From positions 1,408,001 through 1,472,000 of the forward strand of contig CAVWHX010000004.1 of assembly GCA_963754925.1 (NCBI GenBank): a DNA stretch of 64,000 nucleotides. Direction: 5' to 3'. Positions 39,480 through 48,801 of this stretch are shown one piece after another. The DNA comes from an uncultured delta proteobacterium (GTDB lineage: Bacteria; Myxococcota; B64-G9). The position numbers and the translations under genes were made by a program. The notes under the pieces were generated by a model. The model was given only the letters and a program-made list of their open reading frames with translations, was not told the origin of the DNA and ran no database searches. Numbering within the stretch: position 1 is the first letter of the stretch; every line of letters starts with the position of its first letter.

Positions 39480-39962
39480 GTGGCTGTATCCGGAAGAGGC
39501 TCTCTCACCTGGTCTTATCGGTGGCTCCCTGCGGTGGTATTAATGTGCGTGCTGCTGGCATGTGGATCCGATCTGCCGCGCGACACTGGTGTTGGAACCA
39601 TAAGTGGTCGCATATACTACAGCGGCAAGTATTACAGCGACGGGAAAATAATAGGACTCGGTTCCCCGTGGCTCGTGATCGCTGCTTCTTTTATGCCAAT
39701 TAACGACCCGAACTACCTGTTTCAGTCCACGCTCATGGTGCCCTGCAGCGAGTTCCTAGAAACAGGTTTTACCTACGAATTGAAGGGCCTGTACCCTAGT
39801 GACTATTACGTTTACGGGGAGATTGCTGACTTTGCGAGCGAAACCTGGTTGACCGCCCTCAGCTTTGGGGGTTATAAGTCCTTGTTGGACTTGGAGAAGG
39901 TGGAAGTTACGAGCACGGCTGCTGTGGTCGACATTGATTTTACCTTGTTAGACGTTCAATAA
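39480..39962 (+). CDS. Lipoprotein encoded directly after the receptor
   Basis: LLAC lipobox, GTISGRI beta-sandwich-like start. Confidence 0.75.
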   Translation: MAVSGRGSLTWSYRWLPAVVLMCVLLACGSDLPRDTGVGTISGRIYYSGKYYSDGKIIGLGSPWLVIAASFMPINDPNYLFQSTLMVPCSEFLETGFTYELKGLYPSDYYVYGEIADFASETWLTALSFGGYKSLLDLEKVEVTSTAAVVDIDFTLLDVQ

Positions 39963-40073
39963 TCGTTATCAGCTATTACATCAAAGATAGTTGTTCTCAT
40001 AAAGATTGTAGTGCTCTTGCAATTCGCGAAAAAGAGTGTATCATGCACATTCGCTGCTACAGGGCGGGAGTGC

Positions 40074-41477
40074 ATGAAAGCCAACCAGATCCCATCATTG
40101 GCGTCGCATTCAAAAAAAAGATTGCACATCGTAATGTTGCTGATTGCGCTGGCAGGCCTCGTGGTTTGTGGGGAATTGAGCCTGTTACATTGGCAGGTCA
40201 ACAATCTGCCGGGGTTTGTATCGTTCTGCGCAATTAGCGAAGCGATCAACTGCGATACGGTGGCATTAAGTCGCTACTCGGTCGTGTTTGGCGTTCCGGT
40301 CTCCACCTGGGGAATACTCTTCTTTTTGGCGGTGATAGCGTTGTGCTCGTGGGCACTCGTACGGCCGGAGCCAGGCTGGCCTTGGGGGCTGCTTGGCGCG
40401 CTCTTATATTTTGGATGGGGCGTAGCGGTGTTTTTGATTTTGATCGCTGAACTTAACATTGAGGCGCTTTGTCCCAACTGCATTGCTTTGTATGTGATTT
40501 TATTTGTTGGAGCGCTGGTTGCAAGCCTCGGCCTCAAACAGTCGGGGGTTTCTCCGAAAACCAGCGCAGGGCTTATGTTATTTGCCGCGGGCTGCTCGGT
40601 CGGGTTGTTCGCCTTGGTCCTGGCCTACGACAGCTATCGAGGAGTGCTTGGCGCTGTGTCGGGAGCGCTATTGGCGACGGCAGCATGGCTATGGTTTCCC
40701 GGCCGGCGTCAAGAGCTATGGCTGTTTGTGCGGCGGATGGTTGACGATCTGGCGGTTACGATTCGTCGGCCGGTCGTGGGAGGGATAATTTACGGGTTAG
40801 CGGCGCTTTCCGTCATGACCGTCTTAGTTTTGGTGCCGCTATGCTACCCGGATCCTCGGCGTTCAATCGCCGGTGGTACGGCCGATATTGCTACCGGCAG
40901 CACACCCGAGGGAGACGCCTGGATTGGAGCGCTAAACCCTGAAGTGGTTGTCGTTGAATTTTCTGATTACGAATGCCCCCATTGTTGTAAGGCGCATGAG
41001 CCACTCCGAGAGTTAGTGCGCCAAAACAAAGATTGGCTGCGGTTGGTGCATGTTCAGATGCCGCTCGATAAATCATGTAATCGTGCTTTGACAAAGCCTT
41101 TTCATCGAAACTCGTGCGACTGTGCGCGCGCTGCCATCTGCGCCGCGGAACAAAATTGTTTCTGGGAGATGAATGATCGGTTGTTCCTACGGCAAGGAGG
41201 GCTGGACGCCGGTGGATTGGCGATGCTCGCGGAGAACCTGGGATTGAACGTAGATACCTTTCGTGTTTGCATGAAGTCGCCCGAAACCGAACGCAAGTTG
41301 CAGTCCGACCTCGAGCGCTGCTCTCGGCAAGGCGTTGTAGGCACCCCGTCGTTTTTGGTCGGCAACCAGTGGGTGAAGGGCGAACGAAATAAGCAGTGGT
41401 GGGTGGAATTCTTCAATAGTCTGCGAAGGGAAGTCAATCCGACGGAATCCAAAACCTCGCCGAGGGCCGGAGGGTAA
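40074..41477 (+). CDS. VKOR-DsbA fusion disulfide-bond formation protein
   Basis: VKOR: CAISEAINCDTVALSRYS, CPNC; DsbA: EFSDYECPHC, GTPSF. Confidence 0.9.
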   Translation: MKANQIPSLASHSKKRLHIVMLLIALAGLVVCGELSLLHWQVNNLPGFVSFCAISEAINCDTVALSRYSVVFGVPVSTWGILFFLAVIALCSWALVRPEPGWPWGLLGALLYFGWGVAVFLILIAELNIEALCPNCIALYVILFVGALVASLGLKQSGVSPKTSAGLMLFAAGCSVGLFALVLAYDSYRGVLGAVSGALLATAAWLWFPGRRQELWLFVRRMVDDLAVTIRRPVVGGIIYGLAALSVMTVLVLVPLCYPDPRRSIAGGTADIATGSTPEGDAWIGALNPEVVVVEFSDYECPHCCKAHEPLRELVRQNKDWLRLVHVQMPLDKSCNRALTKPFHRNSCDCARAAICAAEQNCFWEMNDRLFLRQGGLDAGGLAMLAENLGLNVDTFRVCMKSPETERKLQSDLERCSRQGVVGTPSFLVGNQWVKGERNKQWWVEFFNSLRREVNPTESKTSPRAGG

Positions 41478-41481
41478 TTCT

Positions 41482-41871
41482 GTGGGCGGTGATTCGGAAT
41501 CAGCAGCACCGGCACGGGCTTTAGTTATTGAGGATGACGATCTGAGTGCCGAGTTGTTGCGTCTTATGCTTGCCCGGCTGGGTGTGGCCGCCCACGTGGC
41601 ACGGGATGGCGCTACCGGCTTGCAAGCGTTCACAAGCGATCATTTCAAACTGGTGCTGGTCGATATTAAATTGCCCGACGCAGATGGACTCGAGGTGGTT
41701 CGCCAATTACGAGCTCAGTCAACCTCAGTCCGTCTCTTGGTGGTCAGCGGGTCGAACATGCTCGATGTTGCGGAGAAGCGGCGTACCGCTGGATTCGATG
41801 GTTTTTTGATGAAGCCTTTTTCTTTTGAGCAATTTGCCGAACAGGTGAAACCCTTACTCAAAAAGCAATAG
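41482..41871 (+). CDS. Single-domain response regulator
   Basis: IEDD, VDIKLPDADG, MKPF. Confidence 0.88.
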   Translation: MGGDSESAAPARALVIEDDDLSAELLRLMLARLGVAAHVARDGATGLQAFTSDHFKLVLVDIKLPDADGLEVVRQLRAQSTSVRLLVVSGSNMLDVAEKRRTAGFDGFLMKPFSFEQFAEQVKPLLKKQ

Positions 41872-41895
41872 ACAAATTAAAATCTCTCAGGAGAT

Positions 41896-43236
41896 TTATT
41901 GGCTAAAGCTCACGGTGATCGACGCCGGTTCAACATTGATTTTGTAAGCAGGCGCCTCGTTGCCTTGAAAATCAAGAACAAAACGAACTCCCCAATCCTG
42001 TTTTCCCACGCGAACCTTGGCAACAGAAGGTAGCGGAGCATCGAGCGGCGAGAATTTACCGATAAAAGATGCCTTAGGAAAATCGATTGCAAGTCGTGGC
42101 GGCGCATTGAGCGCAAAATGCTTGATCTCCACAACGCGGTTAGCTCTAATGACCATCCGCCATCCGTTTGGCCTCTGCTCGAAAACCGGTGGGCCTACCT
42201 CAAGTTGGTCGGTTGCAGTTTCCTTGATGTTCGCAGGCCCAGGTTGCTCATTGGGTTGGGCCTTGGAAACCTTGGAGGGGGGTACATCGTTGCCCGGTGC
42301 TTTCACCGGCGCCGGCGCCGGCTTCGTGTTCGCGGTCGCGGTGTCAGCGTCAGTCGGTTCATTTTTCTTTGCGTCGGGGGCGCTCACCATCGATGGTTGG
42401 CTCAGAGAGGCTGTTTTTGGCGTGGCTCCCGTGCCGCTAAGGCCGCTTCCATCATCAACACTCGGCCTGATGAGCATCATGGTGAAGAACGTTACCACCG
42501 CAACAAACAGCACAAATCCAACAAAAAGAAAAACTCGTTTACGCGGTGGCGGGTATAAGGAAGTCATGACCTCTTCAGTTGTCGGCTGGGTATCTAAGAC
42601 GGAATCTAATTCGATATCTGTTGGACGAAGAGAAGGTAGGGGTGGCAACGCTCGTGGGCCATGTGGTGCTGTTCGTTCAGGTGGTTGGGAGTTATCCGGC
42701 GGTGCGAGAACAACGGGAGTCTTTGGCCATGATGGCGATCCCGCCGAAGAGGAGGGGTCCTTGTGTGGCGCCATCGATTGATCCGACATCGAAACACCCG
42801 CTGGCGATGTGGCAGGTTGATCGGGGGCGGCGGTGTTCGGTTTGTTCAAAGGGGATGCCGGCGGCAGCGGAGAATCAAGGATTTCATCGATGAACGTTCC
42901 AATCTTCTTGCTTGACTCCTCCGACATACTCTGAAACTTAACTCCCATTCCCGAGACTTGATCCCCGGGACTAGCCGGATCAAAGGGCCGGTTCCAAACG
43001 ATTTCACCTTCATCAACGCGCACCACGCCGTTGATGGTCTCAAATTCAAGCTTAACCTTTTTACCGGTCGGCAGCGGGCGGTTGGAGCGCAAGAACATCC
43101 CCCCACGACTTACATTGGAGGAGAAGACATCCATGGGAGTGCCATCTTCTGGAGTAACGTGCACACGATTGAAGGAATCAACTCTCGGATGTGCACGCGT
43201 TCCTTGCGATGCGTCTTTCTTTTTCTCATCGGCCAT
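41896..43236 (-). CDS. PilZ domain - TM - AMIN domain protein
   Basis: RAHPR and NVSRGGMF (PilZ), GMGVKF; one TM segment; FALNAPPRLAIDF..VRVG..VRFVLDF (AMIN). Confidence 0.82.
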   Translation of the reverse strand: MADEKKKDASQGTRAHPRVDSFNRVHVTPEDGTPMDVFSSNVSRGGMFLRSNRPLPTGKKVKLEFETINGVVRVDEGEIVWNRPFDPASPGDQVSGMGVKFQSMSEESSKKIGTFIDEILDSPLPPASPLNKPNTAAPDQPATSPAGVSMSDQSMAPHKDPSSSAGSPSWPKTPVVLAPPDNSQPPERTAPHGPRALPPLPSLRPTDIELDSVLDTQPTTEEVMTSLYPPPRKRVFLFVGFVLFVAVVTFFTMMLIRPSVDDGSGLSGTGATPKTASLSQPSMVSAPDAKKNEPTDADTATANTKPAPAPVKAPGNDVPPSKVSKAQPNEQPGPANIKETATDQLEVGPPVFEQRPNGWRMVIRANRVVEIKHFALNAPPRLAIDFPKASFIGKFSPLDAPLPSVAKVRVGKQDWGVRFVLDFQGNEAPAYKINVEPASITVSFSQ

Positions 43237-43287
43237 GATCGCTATGCTATCACCCTTATTTATTCAGTCAACAAGACATTCCTTCCC

Positions 43288-43406
43288 GGACGCCAGATCC
43301 GCCCGTATTTCTTCGTCGGTGCTACGGAACCGGTCCTCGACGTAGATACACTACGCCTGCGGCCGATTCCTTGCACCTCCTTAAACTACGGGCGGATCTG
43401 GCGTCC
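43288..43406. repeat. 119-bp element with perfect 20-bp terminal inverted repeats
   Basis: GGACGCCAGATCCGCCCGTA ... TACGGGCGGATCTGGCGTCC; core GACGTAG-N-CTACGCCT. Confidence 0.75.
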
Positions 43407-43499
43407 CGAATATATCAATCTGCGCCTTCCGCTTAATCTTCAGGTGATTGACGAAAAGTGGACCACACTATATATTGTATAGTAGCGGAGGAGGAGATT

Positions 43500-43808
43500 A
43501 TGGGTACCTTTCCAGCCGGAACAAGTTTTGTATTCGTTGGAAAACTTAATTCGATGACCCGCGATCAGGCGCGGGCGATGGTTGAATCGTTGGGAGGTGT
43601 TTGCCCATCAGGTGTCAGTAGAGATCTCGACTATCTAGTGGTGGGTAACGACAATTCTCCCCTCTACTCCATGACTGATAAGAAGTCTAAACAAATAAAA
43701 GCCGAGTCACTCATCGAGGCGGGCGCCCCGATCGCTATCATTTCAGAAGACGAATTCCTCAACCTCATTGGTGATACGCCAATAATATCTGCGGTTGACC
43801 GCCCTTGA
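43500..43808 (+). CDS. Stand-alone BRCT domain protein
   Basis: FVFVGKLNSMTRDQA..LGG..VSRDLDYLVVG..IISEDEFL resembles the LigA C-terminal BRCT; strong RBS. Confidence 0.85.
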   Translation: MGTFPAGTSFVFVGKLNSMTRDQARAMVESLGGVCPSGVSRDLDYLVVGNDNSPLYSMTDKKSKQIKAESLIEAGAPIAIISEDEFLNLIGDTPIISAVDRP

Positions 43809-43923
43809 TCCGCCCGTAACAGGTTATTAAAAATTGTCTTTTCTCGAAATACGTATAGTTAATGGGTGAGATGCTTCTCGTTATGCGATAACGAAGTATG
43901 ACCACTTCTACATGGGGTCTGCA

Positions 43924-44457
43924 ATGTCAAATTTCCATCAAGAACTTAAATTCGATCCCGATCGCGGTGCCTTTTTTCTCAACGGGTTGCGCCATGCTTT
44001 TTTACGACCTGAGACGCTTTCTGAAATCCAAAAGGGCGTCGAAGATCGGCTTGGGAGCAAGGCCGGTGAGTACCTTTACGCCGCAGGAGCTTCGTGGGCG
44101 ATTGGTGCTCTCCAACGGTTGCATGCGGCGGGGGCCTCGAACCCCGAGGTACTGCTGCAATCACTATGCACCTTAGCAACCAATCTTGGTTGGGGGCGGT
44201 TTGTTGTAGAATCTTGGAAACCGGATATCCCCAAAGTGTCGGTGCGGGTCATTGGCTCGCCGTTTGCCGAAGCTTACGGACAATCCGATAGCCCCATCTG
44301 CCACCTTTTGGCGGGCGTCGTTGGCGGTGCGCTCGAAGGTCTATTTAGTGTAATGTCCAACTGCATTGAGAGTGCCTGCAAGGCCCAAGGTGCAGCGGAT
44401 TGCGTCTTTGTCGCTAGCGGGCAGGATGTGACCGGCAAAGAAAACTGGGGTTGGTGA
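43924..44457 (+). CDS. V4R domain protein
   Basis: LGWGRF, SPFAE, PICHLLAG, ESACKAQGAADCVF. Confidence 0.87.
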   Translation: MSNFHQELKFDPDRGAFFLNGLRHAFLRPETLSEIQKGVEDRLGSKAGEYLYAAGASWAIGALQRLHAAGASNPEVLLQSLCTLATNLGWGRFVVESWKPDIPKVSVRVIGSPFAEAYGQSDSPICHLLAGVVGGALEGLFSVMSNCIESACKAQGAADCVFVASGQDVTGKENWGW

Positions 44458-45122
44458 CTAGAGCAGTGAATAAGAAATGCGGCCCTGGCCGCCCACCCTC
44501 GATGGGGGGACGCCGAGGGTATAGTCAACCAGGGCCGCTATCTGTTTGATGTATAGGTTGAAATCCTTTGCTGCGAATAGCATATGAGTGTAGGGAAAGG
44601 TATGATTCGCAAGCTTCTAGTGGTCCTTAACGAGAATAATTCAGTCCAGATCACCTATATATTTATAACATATTTAAAATTTTTTTCAAGGTGTGTTAAT
44701 GTAAGATAACTAGGCTAATAAATTTCTATATAAAGCCCGTCGAGACATTTACTTCATTATAGAATACAATATTTTCCAGCTCCAACAAGGCTTATTATAA
44801 ATATTCTGTTAACACAATATATCATAATTATCAAAATAAAATATTATCAGATATCTCAACTTGCGTATTTTGCGACATTCGTAATATATTACTGTTTTAA
44901 TAGAAAACAATCTACAAATCGCGCTTTTTCCTACAAATAAGGAACGAACCTACATCAAAGAATTAAACCATTCAATTCCTTGAGTGCTATCCTCCCAAAA
45001 AGCAGTTCACGCCGAAAAATATTTTGTTAATTTTTAAACAAAACAGATACTTTTCTGTTTGTTTTGAGATGGCCATAGAGATAATTGTTGAATTTTTCCG
45101 CGATTGAATCGGGAATCATTGC

Positions 45123-45827
45123 ATGTCGGCACTAACGTTGACTGTCTCCGAACCAGCTACCGTTTCGGCACTTCTTGTAGAAGTTGGGCTGAGCACTATC
45201 GAGCTAACGTTGTTTGTTTTTCTTACGATGTTAGTGGTGGATTACCTCAATGTCTGGACGCAGGGACGGCTGGTGAGGACGGTTGCATTTTTTCTGGTGA
45301 CACTGTCCATGGCGTCTCTAGCCTGCACTGGTAAGAACGAACCAGCGCAATTGTTGGAGGCTAAAAACGCCAACGACTCTCAGGTACATCCAAACAAACA
45401 AGAACACGCGTGTGTGCCCCAATTGGACGACTTCCCTGAGCCGGACCAGACGAGCGCGGTGACCCGCGCATGCGAAAATACCGCTGTCTCTAACTACATT
45501 GAAAGAACTTTTGAACATCTCAAAAATGTGGCCATGTTGATGAAGGAAAATATTTCTGATTGCGGAACGGTGCTCATCGTGGTGAGCAAGTATATCGAAA
45601 CTAATAAAATCGATATCGAAAACGCCATCGCAGCTGGTGATCAGGCGCAGTCTCGAATGTCCGAACAGGAAAAGAAAATGTTGGCTCTGCGGGCAAAGGA
45701 GTTGTTCGACCCGATCATGCAGGATGTTGGGAGTGTCAGCGCGGAGTTTGCAAAAAAATGTGGAAGTGATGTCAAAAGACTCAGTGAATTATTGAAGAAT
45801 CTCGACGGGCAGGCAAGCGGGTTATAA
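45123..45827 (+). CDS. Hypothetical membrane protein/lipoprotein
   Basis: Hydrophobic N-terminal part, SLAC lipobox-like motif, helical C-terminus with Cys residues; start uncertain. Confidence 0.6.
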   Translation: MSALTLTVSEPATVSALLVEVGLSTIELTLFVFLTMLVVDYLNVWTQGRLVRTVAFFLVTLSMASLACTGKNEPAQLLEAKNANDSQVHPNKQEHACVPQLDDFPEPDQTSAVTRACENTAVSNYIERTFEHLKNVAMLMKENISDCGTVLIVVSKYIETNKIDIENAIAAGDQAQSRMSEQEKKMLALRAKELFDPIMQDVGSVSAEFAKKCGSDVKRLSELLKNLDGQASGL

Positions 45828-45837
45828 AACATTACGG

Positions 45838-45994
45838 TTAGAGACTGTTAGCGAACGACTAGAGATTGTAGCGAGAGAAGCGAGGCGTATAAGAGATTGT
45901 TGACGAACGAAGTGAGGATTACAAGCTCTTATCCTGCGGACAATCTCTTGCCCCTTTAGGGGAGTGAGCTTACAGTTTCTTATCCCTTTAGGGG
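45838..45994 (+). repeat. Triple-nested hairpin element (middle 45859-45962, inner 45890-45940); overlaps the ispA stop
   Basis: TTAGAGACTGTTAGCGAACGA[CTAGAGATTGT..GCGTA[TAAGAGATTGT..CTGCGGA]CAATCTCT..TAGGGG]AGTGAGCTTACAGTTTCTTATCCCTTTAGGGG. Confidence 0.88.
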
Positions 45995-46903
45995 TTTGGC
46001 TGCGTGCGGCTTGGCTGCACGTTTTTCAATGACGTCTGTCAAACCTCGCAGGACGTCCGCGCTTTTTTTGAACGGCTTAAGGGCTTCCCGCGCCCTTTTC
46101 GTGTACTCAGCGGCGCGCATGCACGCGGCTGAAATGCCTATCACGCGTGGATAGGTGCGACGGCCTTGCTGCTGATCGGAATTCGCTGGCTTTCCCAAGC
46201 GCCTCTCATCACCGGTATGCGCAAGCACGTCGTCGGCTATTTGAAATGCCAGACCGAGATTCTGCCCAAACATCAGAAGCGCTCGGAGCTGCGTCTTCCG
46301 AGCTTTACCGAGCAAGCCCCCGATGTGTATCGCGGCAACGATAAGCGCCCCCGTCTTGCGCCTATGGATGGACTCAACCTGATCTAAACTAATCGCTCCG
46401 ACCCGCTCGTCCACGTCGTCGACCTGGCCGCCAACCATCCCGATTGGCCCGGCCGCCTGGGCGAGTATTCGTATCGCCGACCCCGCATACTGTTTCGGAA
46501 GCGCACCGGCAAGCACCTCAAAAGCCAACGTCAGCAAAGCGTCGCCGGACAAGATTGCCAGTGCTTCCCCAAACGCGCGATGACAGGAGGGTTTGCCGCG
46601 ACGAATATCATCGTTGTCCATGGCTGGCAGGTCGTCGTGTATCAGGGAGTATGCATGCACGAGCTCAAGCGCCGCGGCGGCCGGCAAACCGATTTCTTCA
46701 CGGTGGCCGAGAGCCCGTACGGTCGCGAGCACGAGCAAAGGTCGGATGCGTTTGCCGCCACCCAGTACGGCATACCGCATGGCTTCGGCAAGCCGTGGGG
46801 GACAATCGGCGGTACGGGCCGCGGTGTCGAGGATCTCCTCGAGCGCACGCTCGATGCGCGGCAGGAAGCGGTTTACATACCCGTCGAGATCAAAACTGCT
46901 CAC
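45980..46903 (-). CDS. ispA: Farnesyl/geranylgeranyl diphosphate synthase
   Basis: GGKRIRP, SLIHDDLPAMDNDDIRRG, KTGAL, FQIADD; xseA-xseB-ispA synteny. Confidence 0.92.
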   Translation of the reverse strand: MSSFDLDGYVNRFLPRIERALEEILDTAARTADCPPRLAEAMRYAVLGGGKRIRPLLVLATVRALGHREEIGLPAAAALELVHAYSLIHDDLPAMDNDDIRRGKPSCHRAFGEALAILSGDALLTLAFEVLAGALPKQYAGSAIRILAQAAGPIGMVGGQVDDVDERVGAISLDQVESIHRRKTGALIVAAIHIGGLLGKARKTQLRALLMFGQNLGLAFQIADDVLAHTGDERRLGKPANSDQQQGRRTYPRVIGISAACMRAAEYTKRAREALKPFKKSADVLRGLTDVIEKRAAKPHAAKPLKG

Positions 46904-47211
46904 CGCGCTGCCTCGTCGGTACCGTTGCCGTTCGGAGCATGCTGGTCCTCGATCGCGAATGGTTGCTCGCGCTCGTGATCGCCCTCTTGAATCAGCACGC
47001 GCACTTTGCGTTCGGCGTCGTCGAGCTTGCGCTGACAGGCCTTGAACAGTCGCATGCCTTCTTCAAAGAGAGCGATGGATTCCTCGAGCGGCCGTTCGCC
47101 TTTTTCGAGTAACCCGGTGATTTCCTCGATGCGTTTCATCAACTGTTCGAAATTATCGACGGCATCGGTCCTGGTCGGTGCTTTTGTGGATTCGTGCTTT
47201 TTCGCGCTCAT
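46900..47211 (-). CDS. xseB: Exodeoxyribonuclease VII small subunit
   Basis: FEQLM..LEKGERPLEESIALFEEG..CQRKL. Confidence 0.94.
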   Translation of the reverse strand: MSAKKHESTKAPTRTDAVDNFEQLMKRIEEITGLLEKGERPLEESIALFEEGMRLFKACQRKLDDAERKVRVLIQEGDHEREQPFAIEDQHAPNGNGTDEAAR

Positions 47212-47215
47212 TGTT

Positions 47216-48613
47216 TTACCTTTTAGTTTCTTCTTCGCTCGCTGCCGGGTGCGCCTGCTCCACCCGGCTGTCCAGGGTGCCGCGGTGCAAGCGAATACTG
47301 ATTGCGTCGCCGGTCGACAGTGCCGCCGCGTTGCTGATCACGCTTCCGTCCGGTCCAAACACGACACTGTAACCGCGGCCGAGCACCGCAAGAGGATTAA
47401 GCGTCTGGAGGCGCTCATGGTGGCCCAAGATCCCCGTCCGGCGGCCGCCCAGCACTGACTGCCAGGCGTGCAGCAGTCTATCGCGATGGTACCTAAGGTC
47501 AACACGTTGCTTCTGTAATTGCGCGCGCGGATCAGCGGCGGCCAACCGCACCCGAAGTTCTCCCAAACGGCGCCGCGAAACGGTAACGAGACGCTGCAAC
47601 GCCCCTTCGACGGCCCGGGCGCCATCGTCCAGCCGCAGGCGCCAAGAACCGAGCAGCAAGCGCGGATCGCGCAGTCGGCCGCGGTGCTCGAGAAGCTGGC
47701 GACGCGCCTCGGCAAGGACCAGTTCAAGTGCGCGCCGCACGCCGCGAAGCCGTTGCTGTTGTCGCTCCTGAAGTTCGAGGCGGTCCGGCACTACGCGCGA
47801 CGCGGCAGCGGTTGGCGTCGGAGCGCGCGCATCAGCTACCAAATCGCATAGCACCACATCGACTTCGTGGCCGACCGCGCTGATGACCGGAATTGACGTG
47901 GCGGCCACCGCGCGCACGACCGCCTCTTCGTTGAACGCCTGGAGGTCCTCGGCCGAGCCGCCGCCGCGCGTCACGATAAGCACATCGCAGCGGCTGCCGT
48001 CGCCAAGGCGCGTGACGGCCGCGGCTATCTCTTGGGCGGCGGTAGCGCCCTGGACGCGGACATCGGCTATTAACACGGGAATGGACGGGAAACGCCGGCC
48101 CAGCACGGTCAGGATGTCGTGGACGGCCGCGCCACGGGCGCTCGTAACGATGCCGACGCAGCGAGGAAGAAAGGGGAGCGGGCGCTTGCGCTCCACATCG
48201 AATAACCCCTCGGCTCGCAGTCGGTTCATGAGCGCGATCGTTTGCGCGCTGAGCCGCCCGGCGCCCCGCAGCGTGAGCCATTCAACGATGAGTTGGGCGC
48301 GACCGCGCGGCTCGTACAACGTTAGCCGGCCCAACGCCTCGATCTCGGTTCCTGCATTGGGCAGAGCGCCGAGGCGTGCAACCGACGAGCGAAACATGAC
48401 CGCCGGAAAGATCGCGCGCTCGTCCTTGAGGGTAAAGTACAGGTGACCGGAAGCCACGAGGGTTGGATCGCTCAGCTCGCCGACCACCCGCACCAACGCG
48501 AATTGACCCTCGAGTAAGGCGCGCACCTCCTGACAAAGCTCCGAAACGGTGTAGACCCGCTCGCCGCTGGGAGCGAACAGATCGACCTGTCGAGAGCCAA
48601 AGCGTTTATCCAT
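47216..48613 (-). CDS. xseA: Exodeoxyribonuclease VII large subunit
   Basis: SGHLYFTLKD, RGGGSAEDL, SAVGHE, PTPTAAA, LGRGYS. Confidence 0.96.
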   Translation of the reverse strand: MDKRFGSRQVDLFAPSGERVYTVSELCQEVRALLEGQFALVRVVGELSDPTLVASGHLYFTLKDERAIFPAVMFRSSVARLGALPNAGTEIEALGRLTLYEPRGRAQLIVEWLTLRGAGRLSAQTIALMNRLRAEGLFDVERKRPLPFLPRCVGIVTSARGAAVHDILTVLGRRFPSIPVLIADVRVQGATAAQEIAAAVTRLGDGSRCDVLIVTRGGGSAEDLQAFNEEAVVRAVAATSIPVISAVGHEVDVVLCDLVADARAPTPTAAASRVVPDRLELQERQQQRLRGVRRALELVLAEARRQLLEHRGRLRDPRLLLGSWRLRLDDGARAVEGALQRLVTVSRRRLGELRVRLAAADPRAQLQKQRVDLRYHRDRLLHAWQSVLGGRRTGILGHHERLQTLNPLAVLGRGYSVVFGPDGSVISNAAALSTGDAISIRLHRGTLDSRVEQAHPAASEEETKR

Positions 48614-48801
48614 AGGTAAACCTCTTGAGGACTTTTATCACGCCTATCCGGGGTGCGTCTATGTTCTCTCATAACTTGTCCGCGGTGCCAAGGCTCGGGG
48701 TCCTGCCGGCGGTCACCTCACCGTGCTCACGTTGTTGCGCGCGGTAAGGTCTTCGACCGCCGTCACCCCTCGCGCAGCATCATTCATCCCCTATGCTGAA
48801 G

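Noticed and set aside
44540..45110. AT-rich region as oriC or dif
   Set aside because: I found no TTATCCACA DnaA boxes and no dnaA/dnaN nearby; the GTAATATATTAC dyad lacks dif spacing and the XerD arm.
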